Positions 37,069 to 45,648 of a stretch of 64,000 nt of DNA are shown here, in pieces. The notes beneath the pieces are model-generated. The model made no database searches. It was not told the DNA's origin and worked only from the letters and a program-made list of their open reading frames with translations. Every line of letters starts with the position of its first letter. The stretch's first letter is position 1. Source of the DNA: a virus (lineage: Duplodnaviria > Caudoviricetes); the IMG/VR virus record IMGVR_UViG_3300035492_000236; one strand, written 5' to 3'. Position numbers and translations under genes: made by a program.

Positions 37069-37560
37069 TCACCGTGGCTTATTAGCCTGCCCAACCCGCA
37101 CCGGCAGGACCTCCACTGCGTACACTGTGTCTACCAACTGTGCCACTGCTTCTCGCATTGGTTGGTTCATCGGCGGCGATGGCTTCAATCGCCCACTGTG
37201 GTATTCCAGCACATATCGTCGATCTCCCCACCCATGGCCAAAACCTACAATCTTGAACCCGCTCTTTAAGAACAGTTGCAATGCTGGCAGGTTATCGGTC
37301 TCTACACTGGCCCGCAGATGATCGTGGGTGTGCTTATCGATGGCATGCTGCAATAGTGTTTCACCATACCCTGAACGACGCATGTCGGTCGCCACATGAA
37401 CGTATTCTACCCGAGCGCCGTTATAAACAATGGCCCCCACACACTGCCCTTCGTCCACGTACCCCACTACTTTCAACCCGTCACGCTCAGCCACGTACTG
37501 AGCCAAGGCGGGAAACTTCTTCAAATGCTCTTCAGTAAACTCAATGATACGCATCACCAC
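37069..37560 (-). CDS. GNAT acetyltransferase
   Basis: VHVATDMRRSGYGETLL acetyl-CoA motif A; N-x-PALQLFLKSGF. Confidence 0.85.
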   Translation of the reverse strand: MVMRIIEFTEEHLKKFPALAQYVAERDGLKVVGYVDEGQCVGAIVYNGARVEYVHVATDMRRSGYGETLLQHAIDKHTHDHLRASVETDNLPALQLFLKSGFKIVGFGHGWGDRRYVLEYHSGRLKPSPPMNQPMREAVAQLVDTVYAVEVLPVRVGQANKPR

Positions 37561-38064
37561 TCACTCCACTTCAGGGTAATTCACATGACGGTCTTGTTCC
37601 AGATCAAAATGAATCAACCATCGCACACGACCTAAGATGCGCCACACCGTCACCTCGCTAAGGTAATGTTTAAACATGTCGCGCGGAATACCAATGTCGA
37701 GTTCGCGACATTGTTCATACGTGGTTTGATTCGGTAATTCCGACCCTGGACAACTTACGTATCGGTCGATCAGGGCATATACCGCATCCAGCGCCTGTTC
37801 CACATGCCGTTGGGTGTAAGTGTCTTTATGAGGGATTTCTACCCGCCGCAGGAACCGCTCTGCCGAATACTGCACCAATGCACGGCGGCGCTGTGCGCTG
37901 TATAGAGACAATCCCGCATGATGACACCGAAATCTGAAATAGTGACGCAGCGCCCTGGCCAGGAACGTCGTATCGCCGTAGTGCTTACCCAGGCAATGTG
38001 GTACGGTGAAGGCCCGTTGCAGCACGCTGATGTCGTAGGTGACGATTCGTTTCTTCGGACTCAT
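37561..38064 (-). CDS. Hypothetical protein
   Basis: 167-aa ORF with TATG promoter upstream. Confidence 0.6.
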   Translation of the reverse strand: MSPKKRIVTYDISVLQRAFTVPHCLGKHYGDTTFLARALRHYFRFRCHHAGLSLYSAQRRRALVQYSAERFLRRVEIPHKDTYTQRHVEQALDAVYALIDRYVSCPGSELPNQTTYEQCRELDIGIPRDMFKHYLSEVTVWRILGRVRWLIHFDLEQDRHVNYPEVE

Positions 38065-38158
38065 GCTCTTACCTTATAAATGCTGCAGTTAACATAGCAT
38101 TATTTCAACTGGTATTTTAATACAAATAAAAGCTAGGGATGCCGAAGCATCCCTAGAC

Positions 38159-38668
38159 TTAACGACGCTTTGCGATACGATGCAACAGGGCGTTCACCAC
38201 CAGCTCCTGCAGTGGACCTACCCGGATACCGAAGAAGCTCAGCAACGCCAACGACGGCACGCCAAAGACGATAAGCAGCTCTTCCACTGAAGGCATACGA
38301 CCATTTTCGAGGTATTGCTGACCCAGCATCGCACCAAAACCAGCGGACAGAAACACAATCACCACCGCAATCATCATCGCGATGTACGCGCGAGCACGAG
38401 AAGACGGTGTCTCTTCTTCCATGGTGGTTTTGAGTTCAGTCCAGGCGGTGAACTTCGCCAACTCGGAATCGATGGTTTTGTTCAGGAACTGGAGTTTCTG
38501 CTCGGCCGGCAGCGACTCGATCAGTCCGCCCAACTCTTCCCCGGTGAGGGTGTCTCGCGGCAGTTCTTTCCCCACTACCATCTCCGCGATGTCCATGATC
38601 ACACCGCCCAACGGCACTTCTTTCAACAGCGACTTACCGGTCGCTTTCAGGATCTTCCCGATGTTCAT
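38159..38668 (-). CDS. Membrane protein, holin candidate
   Basis: Amphipathic N-terminus, coiled coil, two hydrophobic segments, FFGIR motif and basic RIAKRR tail. Confidence 0.5.
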   Translation of the reverse strand: MNIGKILKATGKSLLKEVPLGGVIMDIAEMVVGKELPRDTLTGEELGGLIESLPAEQKLQFLNKTIDSELAKFTAWTELKTTMEEETPSSRARAYIAMMIAVVIVFLSAGFGAMLGQQYLENGRMPSVEELLIVFGVPSLALLSFFGIRVGPLQELVVNALLHRIAKRR

Positions 38669-39312
38669 GATGCTTTCCTCTTTTTGCGTCGTCTGGATTT
38701 TTTTGCGGTTTTGGGTTTCTTCATGGAGAATGACTCATCCAACAAAAACTTTCGCAGTACAGCATGATTTACTGCCGTGGCGTCGATAGCATGCTCGTCA
38801 AGCTCCAGAAGAGGTACCTCTTCCGCACAGGATTCCTGATAAAGCGTAAGAATTGCAGCGCGAACATCGTCCTTAGTGGTTTTGATGTGAGAAACACCAA
38901 CCGCGTTCTTCACAGTAATGGGGTCGATGCGACGCAAGTACAAGCTCGGACTGTAGTCCCAACACACCGCACGTAACATGGCATGACATTCCACCAACGC
39001 CGCAAATGCATCCACACGACCCCTGCCGAGGAACGGACTCTCAGCTGATACCAAGGTGGGGGTGGTGAGTCGCATCAGCTCATATAGCCGCTCATAGTGC
39101 GATACCAACCGAAGATCACGCCCACCTCTTAACTCTTCTGCCCAAGGGCGCCCGCGGATCTCTCTTGATGCCACGAACGTGTCAGCATACACCAAGGTCG
39201 GCTCGTAGGTATCAATCGACACGTCGGTGATCGCCACGCCTAAGGTATCGGTGCCTGGGTCAATTCCCAGCAGTCGGATCACATCATCTGCGGGACCCTC
39301 GGGGAACCTCAC
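38665..39312 (-). CDS. ruvC: RuvC-like Holliday junction resolvase
   Basis: LLGIDPGTDTLGVA, AESPF, P-x-x-VK-x-x-VG...K and EHAIDA acidic motifs. Confidence 0.85.
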   Translation of the reverse strand: MRFPEGPADDVIRLLGIDPGTDTLGVAITDVSIDTYEPTLVYADTFVASREIRGRPWAEELRGGRDLRLVSHYERLYELMRLTTPTLVSAESPFLGRGRVDAFAALVECHAMLRAVCWDYSPSLYLRRIDPITVKNAVGVSHIKTTKDDVRAAILTLYQESCAEEVPLLELDEHAIDATAVNHAVLRKFLLDESFSMKKPKTAKKSRRRKKRKAS

Positions 39313-40244
39313 AGCAACGTACCGCCGCTAGCGCTGCCGGTCTGCTGCGGCACCTGACCTGCAGCCAACACCATCGGCTCGGTCTGGCCAATGTTCAGTA
39401 CGTACGCCAGACTACGGTTAGCATAAGCCACGTTGGTGAAAGTGGTCAGGAACACGGCAACTTGTGCACCAATCACTTCGTTGTACTGGAACGGGGATCC
39501 CACCATGCTCTCACCCGTGGCTACAGTGTCAATGCCAGTGCAAAGGCAGAACTCAGACACCACCGCTTTGCGCGGGTCGCCGTACAACACCGTGGCCACG
39601 TTCAGCAGCTCTTGAATGTCGAACTGGTCCAGTGGGACAGTGGTTTCTGCCGATGTGTGGACGTAGTCGCCGTCACTGACTGCCAGTTTGTCATCGACTT
39701 CGTAATCGTAGTCAGGGGACGCAGGTGGTGTGGGGTACAGGTTGATGTCAGAGTATTCAAACTCCCGCACGCTCTTCTGGCCGTCACGGATACGAGTGTA
39801 GTAGTCCATGGTCCGCACACCACGGAAATCCAACCGCTTCATGTAGTATGCCCAATAACGACGGCCGCCATGCTCTTCGATGCGGCGCAGGGCGTATCGC
39901 TCCCGTACGTCATCACCCAGGTCTTTGTCTACCGGACGCAGCACTAGCGGGATGATGTTGTAGGGAGCAGCATCGGTCGGGTTGTGCTTGACTGGAATAG
40001 GTGTGGCCAGGTTATCGGTGGCGGTAACGATATGCCCACCATTACCCACGCACAGGAACCGTGCTTCCGGTTTCGCCAATGCTTCAGGTCGACGATCTGC
40101 CAGGATACCCAAGTGTTCGTTCAGGGTGGACTTTTCTTTATAGGTGATCGGCAGACCCAGGAAGATGGAGTTCTGCACGTTCAGCCCCGCCAGGGTGTTC
40201 GTAACATGCTTGCCGTCGTACGGCTTGGTTTCAATTGTACTCAC
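39309..40244 (-). CDS. Conserved phiKZ-like virion structural protein
   Basis: Synteny in the portal block; TLNE, GNGGH, HxPTDAAPY-x-x-IPLVLR and AYYMKRLDF motifs typical of this family. Confidence 0.65.
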   Translation of the reverse strand: MSTIETKPYDGKHVTNTLAGLNVQNSIFLGLPITYKEKSTLNEHLGILADRRPEALAKPEARFLCVGNGGHIVTATDNLATPIPVKHNPTDAAPYNIIPLVLRPVDKDLGDDVRERYALRRIEEHGGRRYWAYYMKRLDFRGVRTMDYYTRIRDGQKSVREFEYSDINLYPTPPASPDYDYEVDDKLAVSDGDYVHTSAETTVPLDQFDIQELLNVATVLYGDPRKAVVSEFCLCTGIDTVATGESMVGSPFQYNEVIGAQVAVFLTTFTNVAYANRSLAYVLNIGQTEPMVLAAGQVPQQTGSASGGTLL

Positions 40245-40744
40245 AATGGTACCTCAACTGAATTGGCGTAAAAGCCGTTCAACAATGTGTTTTGGAGTCG
40301 GTCGGTGAGGACCTCGACATATTTCAAATGGATGACGCCGGCATACACCAGCGACTGGCCAGAGATACGGAGCAAATCATCGACGGCGTCTATTGGCACC
40401 ACATCACTGATGATGTCGATTGGATCCAGGCGGATGCCTAGTTCCCGCAACACCACCGGTCGTGCATCGCCAGTAAAGGCCACCGGTGGCGGTACTAAGA
40501 CGCTGACCCCATCCAGGTACTTGGTGAGGTTAATGCGATTATAATAGATACGCACTGCCCCCGACCAACCAGTGTTGGGCCGGGCTCGGAGCACCACTGT
40601 CGTGTCACACCCACGGTAGTCTATCTTTGCCAATGTATCGCGGTCAAAATAAACGTCGTCCAATGAAAAGTTTTTGCCGTAGGATTCGTTGATCCTGCGG
40701 ATCAACACCTCGTCTGGAGGGAGTGATAAATCGATCGTTGCCAT
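40241..40744 (-). CDS. Core virion protein of the adaptor family
   Basis: IYYNRINL...SLVYAG...LLNGF; located in the core block. Confidence 0.65.
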   Translation of the reverse strand: MATIDLSLPPDEVLIRRINESYGKNFSLDDVYFDRDTLAKIDYRGCDTTVVLRARPNTGWSGAVRIYYNRINLTKYLDGVSVLVPPPVAFTGDARPVVLRELGIRLDPIDIISDVVPIDAVDDLLRISGQSLVYAGVIHLKYVEVLTDRLQNTLLNGFYANSVEVPL

Positions 40745-40824
40745 AACAATAAGTTTCCCGTAGTTGTATACTAAAAAATGTTATCTCCAAGAACAGTCAT
40801 AGGATACCTTACCCCTGTTAAACG

Positions 40825-42945
40825 TTATTGCACGATTTCTCGGTAGTCTTGAACTGTCGTGGCTGGTCGCACCACGGAAACTTCCAGCCGTTCACTGAGG
40901 TCGGTGCTGGCTTCCACGTAATGCGGCACGTCGTAAGTCAAGTCTTCCACTAGCTGATGATCGAGCAATTCAGGGTAATTTATCTGGATCTGACTGCCAT
41001 CGCGGATAGCCTGCTCGGCGCGCAGGATCGTCACGGGATGTCCTTGCAGATTCGCATCGCTGACCTCGTCGCCGTCGACGTGGCCCGGTATACCACCACG
41101 GGAGTTCGTGGCAATAACTTCACCGCCGATGATTTCTTCAATGAACTGAATGGTGTAGCTACTCAACCGGCGGAACAATCGCACCATCGCAGATTGGATT
41201 TCTTTGAGGCTGATCAAGTTGAGCTTGCTGAAGTCAGTCGCTGCATTGAGGGCAGCCATTGCCATGTCTTGCCACGCTTCCATCGACATCTTCTCGCGAT
41301 CCAACGCGATATAAAGGAAGAAGTCGTCATACGTTCGTATCGTGGGACTACGAATGTCACACACGTAATCAACGTAGTTGTAATCATACATCGCCCGCCG
41401 ACCGGCACGCTCTGTCCACCGATGGGGCTGGTAAACATACTGATGGCGTACCCGCTTACGCGCAGTGATGGTCTGACAAACTCGCATGAAGTCTTCCGGG
41501 ATGGCGATGTCGTCGTAGATTTCATAATGCGTCTTGGCAAAGAACTCCAGTTCGTCGTCCCACCCCTCGAAGTGATCGTGCTCCAAAATCGCCAAGTATT
41601 CCGAATCTGGAATCCATCGCTTACGCATCACGCCATACGCCAAGAACTCCGGGATGTCTTTCATCGCCACCCCATGGAATCCCTGGGCATGGGCATACGC
41701 AAACAGGATGAACAGCTCACGTGTGTCAAGACGAATATTGTCACCATTCAATGGGTTGATGATGTCAATGGCGGTCTCGTACATGCCGGCGGCGGCCATG
41801 TACAACCATTCGTTAATCAGGGTATCAATCAATTTGATCGGGTCGATGTTCTCCGGATCAATGGCCGATACTTCTAATACCTTAGTCGGCAGGTTGGACA
41901 TGGAACTGTGCTTGCCGGCAAACTCCGCCTCAGCAATGTAGTCGTTAAGAAACCGCGGGTTGTCTCGCGCCAAACCGCTTTCTTTATACAGGACGTCATC
42001 AACGTCCCATTCGCTCAGATCGCGCGACGTCAATCCGGTCTGTAGATTTAACTGGTTCTTCACGAAGACTGGTGTTGGTGATAACTCACCGGCGGCAATG
42101 TCCATGTCCTTCTGTCGCAGGGTGTAATCGTACAACGGCAGATACCTGGCGGTGAGCAAGTTCTCCACCAGCAGATCAAAGGTGTCTTGCAGTCCAGTAT
42201 GTCGTTCTATGTACAGTAGGTTGCGGTACAGGAACAGCATCTGGCCCAGAGTTAGGTAGGGTACGAATTCTTCTAGCCGTTGGTGTGAAGCCAAGTACGT
42301 TATGATATGAAAGCTGTGGGTTTTGGACGTCTTGATGTTCAATTCCCGCAGGTCGAGGATCTTGACCGGTAAGAACGCGTACATCTTCGCCACGATCACC
42401 GCCACGAACAACTCGTCCGTTTCCGCAAAGCTTTCCATCAGATAGCGGTACATGTACCCCCGCATCCAGTCTTCAAGGTCGAGAATCAATGACCGCTCTT
42501 GGATTTCGACTTTATCTGCATCGTGCCAAAGCACGGTGCAGTCTTTGGCTTCCACCGCACGTTCAATCGGAATGGGGCGCAATATCCCCCGGATCAGGTT
42601 AGACTGCTGTGGGTATCGTTCAATCAACCGATCGACATAACTGCGGTTGTAAAGATAAACCGAACGTGTTTTCTTATGTATCTTTAAATTTTTACCGTTG
42701 AATTCTATTTCAGACCCATCGTCCAATGAAGTGATGGTCATCGACGTGTCAAAAAAATGATACTGACCAGCGAGGTGCTGATAATAGCGCCATTCGTACC
42801 GGTTTTCGCTGACAGCAATACCGCTATCAGCCAGTTCACGGTTCATTGCGCGACCGATCCAGTCCAGCCGGATGATCATCGTACGCGCAAGCTCGAACGT
42901 GTTCCGTAGATAAATGTTGTACAATGAGTAGTTCATAAATGACAC
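40825..42945 (-). CDS. Conserved phiKZ-like virion structural protein divergent from the portal
   Basis: 706 aa; WRYYQHLAGQYH-x-x-D and TSKTHSFHI-x-x-YLASH motifs; synteny. Confidence 0.7.
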   Translation of the reverse strand: MSFMNYSLYNIYLRNTFELARTMIIRLDWIGRAMNRELADSGIAVSENRYEWRYYQHLAGQYHFFDTSMTITSLDDGSEIEFNGKNLKIHKKTRSVYLYNRSYVDRLIERYPQQSNLIRGILRPIPIERAVEAKDCTVLWHDADKVEIQERSLILDLEDWMRGYMYRYLMESFAETDELFVAVIVAKMYAFLPVKILDLRELNIKTSKTHSFHIITYLASHQRLEEFVPYLTLGQMLFLYRNLLYIERHTGLQDTFDLLVENLLTARYLPLYDYTLRQKDMDIAAGELSPTPVFVKNQLNLQTGLTSRDLSEWDVDDVLYKESGLARDNPRFLNDYIAEAEFAGKHSSMSNLPTKVLEVSAIDPENIDPIKLIDTLINEWLYMAAAGMYETAIDIINPLNGDNIRLDTRELFILFAYAHAQGFHGVAMKDIPEFLAYGVMRKRWIPDSEYLAILEHDHFEGWDDELEFFAKTHYEIYDDIAIPEDFMRVCQTITARKRVRHQYVYQPHRWTERAGRRAMYDYNYVDYVCDIRSPTIRTYDDFFLYIALDREKMSMEAWQDMAMAALNAATDFSKLNLISLKEIQSAMVRLFRRLSSYTIQFIEEIIGGEVIATNSRGGIPGHVDGDEVSDANLQGHPVTILRAEQAIRDGSQIQINYPELLDHQLVEDLTYDVPHYVEASTDLSERLEVSVVRPATTVQDYREIVQ

Positions 42946-42970
42946 CGGCTAATCTGTAGAGGTTTTTTAC

Positions 42971-45565
42971 ATGCAAACTAAAAGGAATGGGACGTCACCT
43001 ATCGATCGCCGCACACACAGCAGCACAGTAGGCGGTCGCGATGAAGTCGTCGACTCCATCGTACGTAAGCTAATCAAGCCGCGTAACGAATCGCAGTCGT
43101 CTCAAAGTGGCGCAAAAATACCGACGCAGCATGAGCTGGCGCCGATCATGCGAAATAACATCCAACGTGCCACGGATAACGACTACATCTTTGAAGTACT
43201 GCCGGACCTTGAGCTGGTGGCACAGGTGGCCATTTCCAGTATCCTGTCCAGCAAGGACATGGTGACCACCGCCATTAACTACGACTGTCAAAGCAATGAC
43301 CTCCCACTGGAGCTCAAGTCGGAAATGATTCGGTTGGTAAAAACCCATTTTGATGATGAGTATAAACTCCCAACATACCTTTATGACATTCTGTACGATG
43401 TCATGTTCAAGACCGGCTCGTATGCGGCCGCCATCATCCCCGAAACATCAGTCGATGCAATCATCAATGACGGCAATAACACGCGGGTAGGTACGGAAGA
43501 ATTTAAAGCGGAGCTACGTAAATCCTTCCGGCGGCGAGGACTGCTGGGACCCATTGATACGGAACGCACGTCGGGGGTTGGTCTTGAGGCATTGGGGTTG
43601 GATGGGCCTAAATCAGCGACCGATGACCAGATGATCATTCGGTTCGAAAATGAAAAACTGGCGCCCATCCATTTAACAGATAACCCCGACACCGTCAAAC
43701 TTCAGCGGATTCAGCAAACCCTCACCAAACGTCATGTGGCGGCCGCATATAATGTATCCGTTGAATCGGGTGGAGAGGTCGTGTATGACCGCAACAGCTT
43801 CAAGACGCCGCTGTATCGCACGAAGACCGTGGAAGACATGAAGCGCGCTGAAGATAGTGACCGTCCCTCCATCGGCCACCCGCTAATCATGCATCTGCCT
43901 TCCGAGTCGGTGATTCCAGTGCATGTGCCGGGCGACTTCAAAGTTCATGTCGGTTACCTGGTATTGCTCGATAACACCGGCAACCCAGTCAGCCGCCATG
44001 ACCTGATGAACAACACCACGGCGTGGGCGTGGATGAACGGTGACGCCTCCTCTCAGCTGATCAAAGACGCTGCTGAAGGCTTGGGTCTAGGTACAGATAA
44101 GCAAGAGCAGTGGACCATCAGCCACCTGAATAACTGTTACGCAGACCTGGTATCAGACAAGCTGATTCGGTCACTGAACAACGGTGTGTATGGTGACTCG
44201 GTGACGATCGCTCGTCCGCAGGAAGTGTACCGTATCATGATGGCGCGGAGTCTGGCCCGTAAGAACACGCAGATCTTGTACATCCCGTCTGAGCAGTTGA
44301 CCTACTTTGCATTGGACTACCACAAGGACGGCACCGGTCGTTCCATGACCGATAAGACGCGGGTGGTGGCCGCAGCACGATCGGCGATTGCCTTTGCCAC
44401 TATGCAGGGCTCTATCCTTAATGCCACGCGCAATTTGCAATACGACATCATCCTCGACCCAGACGATCGGGAACCGGAGAAGACCATTGACGACGTACAG
44501 TACCGGGTCAGTCAGGGGTTTGCGTCGCGGATCCCGTTTACTGGCAGTATCAAGGATGTGGAGTCTTACTTCGCTAATGCAGGTATCTCCTTCAACATCG
44601 AAGGGAACGCCCATTACCCCAGCTCCAAAACTGCGGTGTCGGACATCACGCCCGACTACAAGATCCCGGCCAAAGACATCTCCGATGACCTGGCGCGGCA
44701 ACATTACCGTGGGTTTGGTGCGGATCCTGATTTGATCATGACACCAGAGTCGATTGAGTTTGCCACGCAGGTGGTTTCCAAGGACTTAATCGCTACTAAG
44801 CAGATCTGCAAGAACCAGGAGAAGATCGCCCCCCACCTGACTCACTTTGTGAAAACCTACATCATTAGCTCCGGACCACTGCTGAAAAAACTGGCAGAGC
44901 TGATTAAGGAACACTACGAGTCTGGGGAAAGCAAGCTTCGTGAAGGGGAAACTGGCCACTATATCAACGACTTCCTTAGTAGCCTAACGGTGACTTTGCC
45001 GCCACCGGACATGTCCATGTTGGCGTCTCAGCTCAATGCCTTTGAAGACGAAGAGCAAGCCATTGATAAGATGGTGGACCTGTGGCTGGATGAGGAGTTG
45101 CTAGGTGAGTCAGTTGGCTTTGATGTGCGGCGGGCCAAGTCTGTGATCGCCAATCACCTGAAGCGGAACTGGTTGCGTAAGAACGCGGTGAAGGAAGACC
45201 TGATCGACCTGTTCGAAAACGAAGAGAACCGGGCTGAGCTAGTACAAATCATCGGTAACGAAAACGTGAAGATCACTGAAGTGGTCAGTATGATCATGAA
45301 GCGTGTTGACTCCCGCGTCAAGACCGTAGTTGAGAACATCGAGATGCCTGAAGGTGTCGGTGGTGGCGGTTTTGGCAGTGATGATTTTGGTGGCGATGAT
45401 GAGTTTGGTGGGAGTGGAGATGACGAATTCGGCGAAGGTGCCGATGAAGACTTCGGTGGAGATGACGGTGGGTTTGATGATGACGCAGACATGGACTTCG
45501 GTAGCGATACCGCAGACGGCGGCGCTGAAGAACCCGACGATGTAGATGATGAACCTTTAGCATAA
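42971..45565 (+). CDS. Portal protein (phiKZ gp129-like)
   Basis: 864 aa; LPDLELVAQVAISSILS-x-KDM and GHPLIMHLPSESVIPVHVPG motifs; synteny; G-x-E maturation sites. Confidence 0.75.
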   Translation: MQTKRNGTSPIDRRTHSSTVGGRDEVVDSIVRKLIKPRNESQSSQSGAKIPTQHELAPIMRNNIQRATDNDYIFEVLPDLELVAQVAISSILSSKDMVTTAINYDCQSNDLPLELKSEMIRLVKTHFDDEYKLPTYLYDILYDVMFKTGSYAAAIIPETSVDAIINDGNNTRVGTEEFKAELRKSFRRRGLLGPIDTERTSGVGLEALGLDGPKSATDDQMIIRFENEKLAPIHLTDNPDTVKLQRIQQTLTKRHVAAAYNVSVESGGEVVYDRNSFKTPLYRTKTVEDMKRAEDSDRPSIGHPLIMHLPSESVIPVHVPGDFKVHVGYLVLLDNTGNPVSRHDLMNNTTAWAWMNGDASSQLIKDAAEGLGLGTDKQEQWTISHLNNCYADLVSDKLIRSLNNGVYGDSVTIARPQEVYRIMMARSLARKNTQILYIPSEQLTYFALDYHKDGTGRSMTDKTRVVAAARSAIAFATMQGSILNATRNLQYDIILDPDDREPEKTIDDVQYRVSQGFASRIPFTGSIKDVESYFANAGISFNIEGNAHYPSSKTAVSDITPDYKIPAKDISDDLARQHYRGFGADPDLIMTPESIEFATQVVSKDLIATKQICKNQEKIAPHLTHFVKTYIISSGPLLKKLAELIKEHYESGESKLREGETGHYINDFLSSLTVTLPPPDMSMLASQLNAFEDEEQAIDKMVDLWLDEELLGESVGFDVRRAKSVIANHLKRNWLRKNAVKEDLIDLFENEENRAELVQIIGNENVKITEVVSMIMKRVDSRVKTVVENIEMPEGVGGGGFGSDDFGGDDEFGGSGDDEFGEGADEDFGGDDGGFDDDADMDFGSDTADGGAEEPDDVDDEPLA

Positions 45566-45648
45566 CTTGGTTGGGGCTTCGGCCCCAGCCCATTCTCTTT
45601 ATTTGCACAAAAAAAAAGAGGGCCGAAGCCCTCTACGTATTGGTTCAA

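Noticed and set aside
590-40794. Recurrent TATCTTGGAG/TTGGAG motif as a separate regulatory element
   Set aside because: It sits at or near SD distance from start codons in nearly all cases, so it is best explained as a U-rich extended ribosome-binding site
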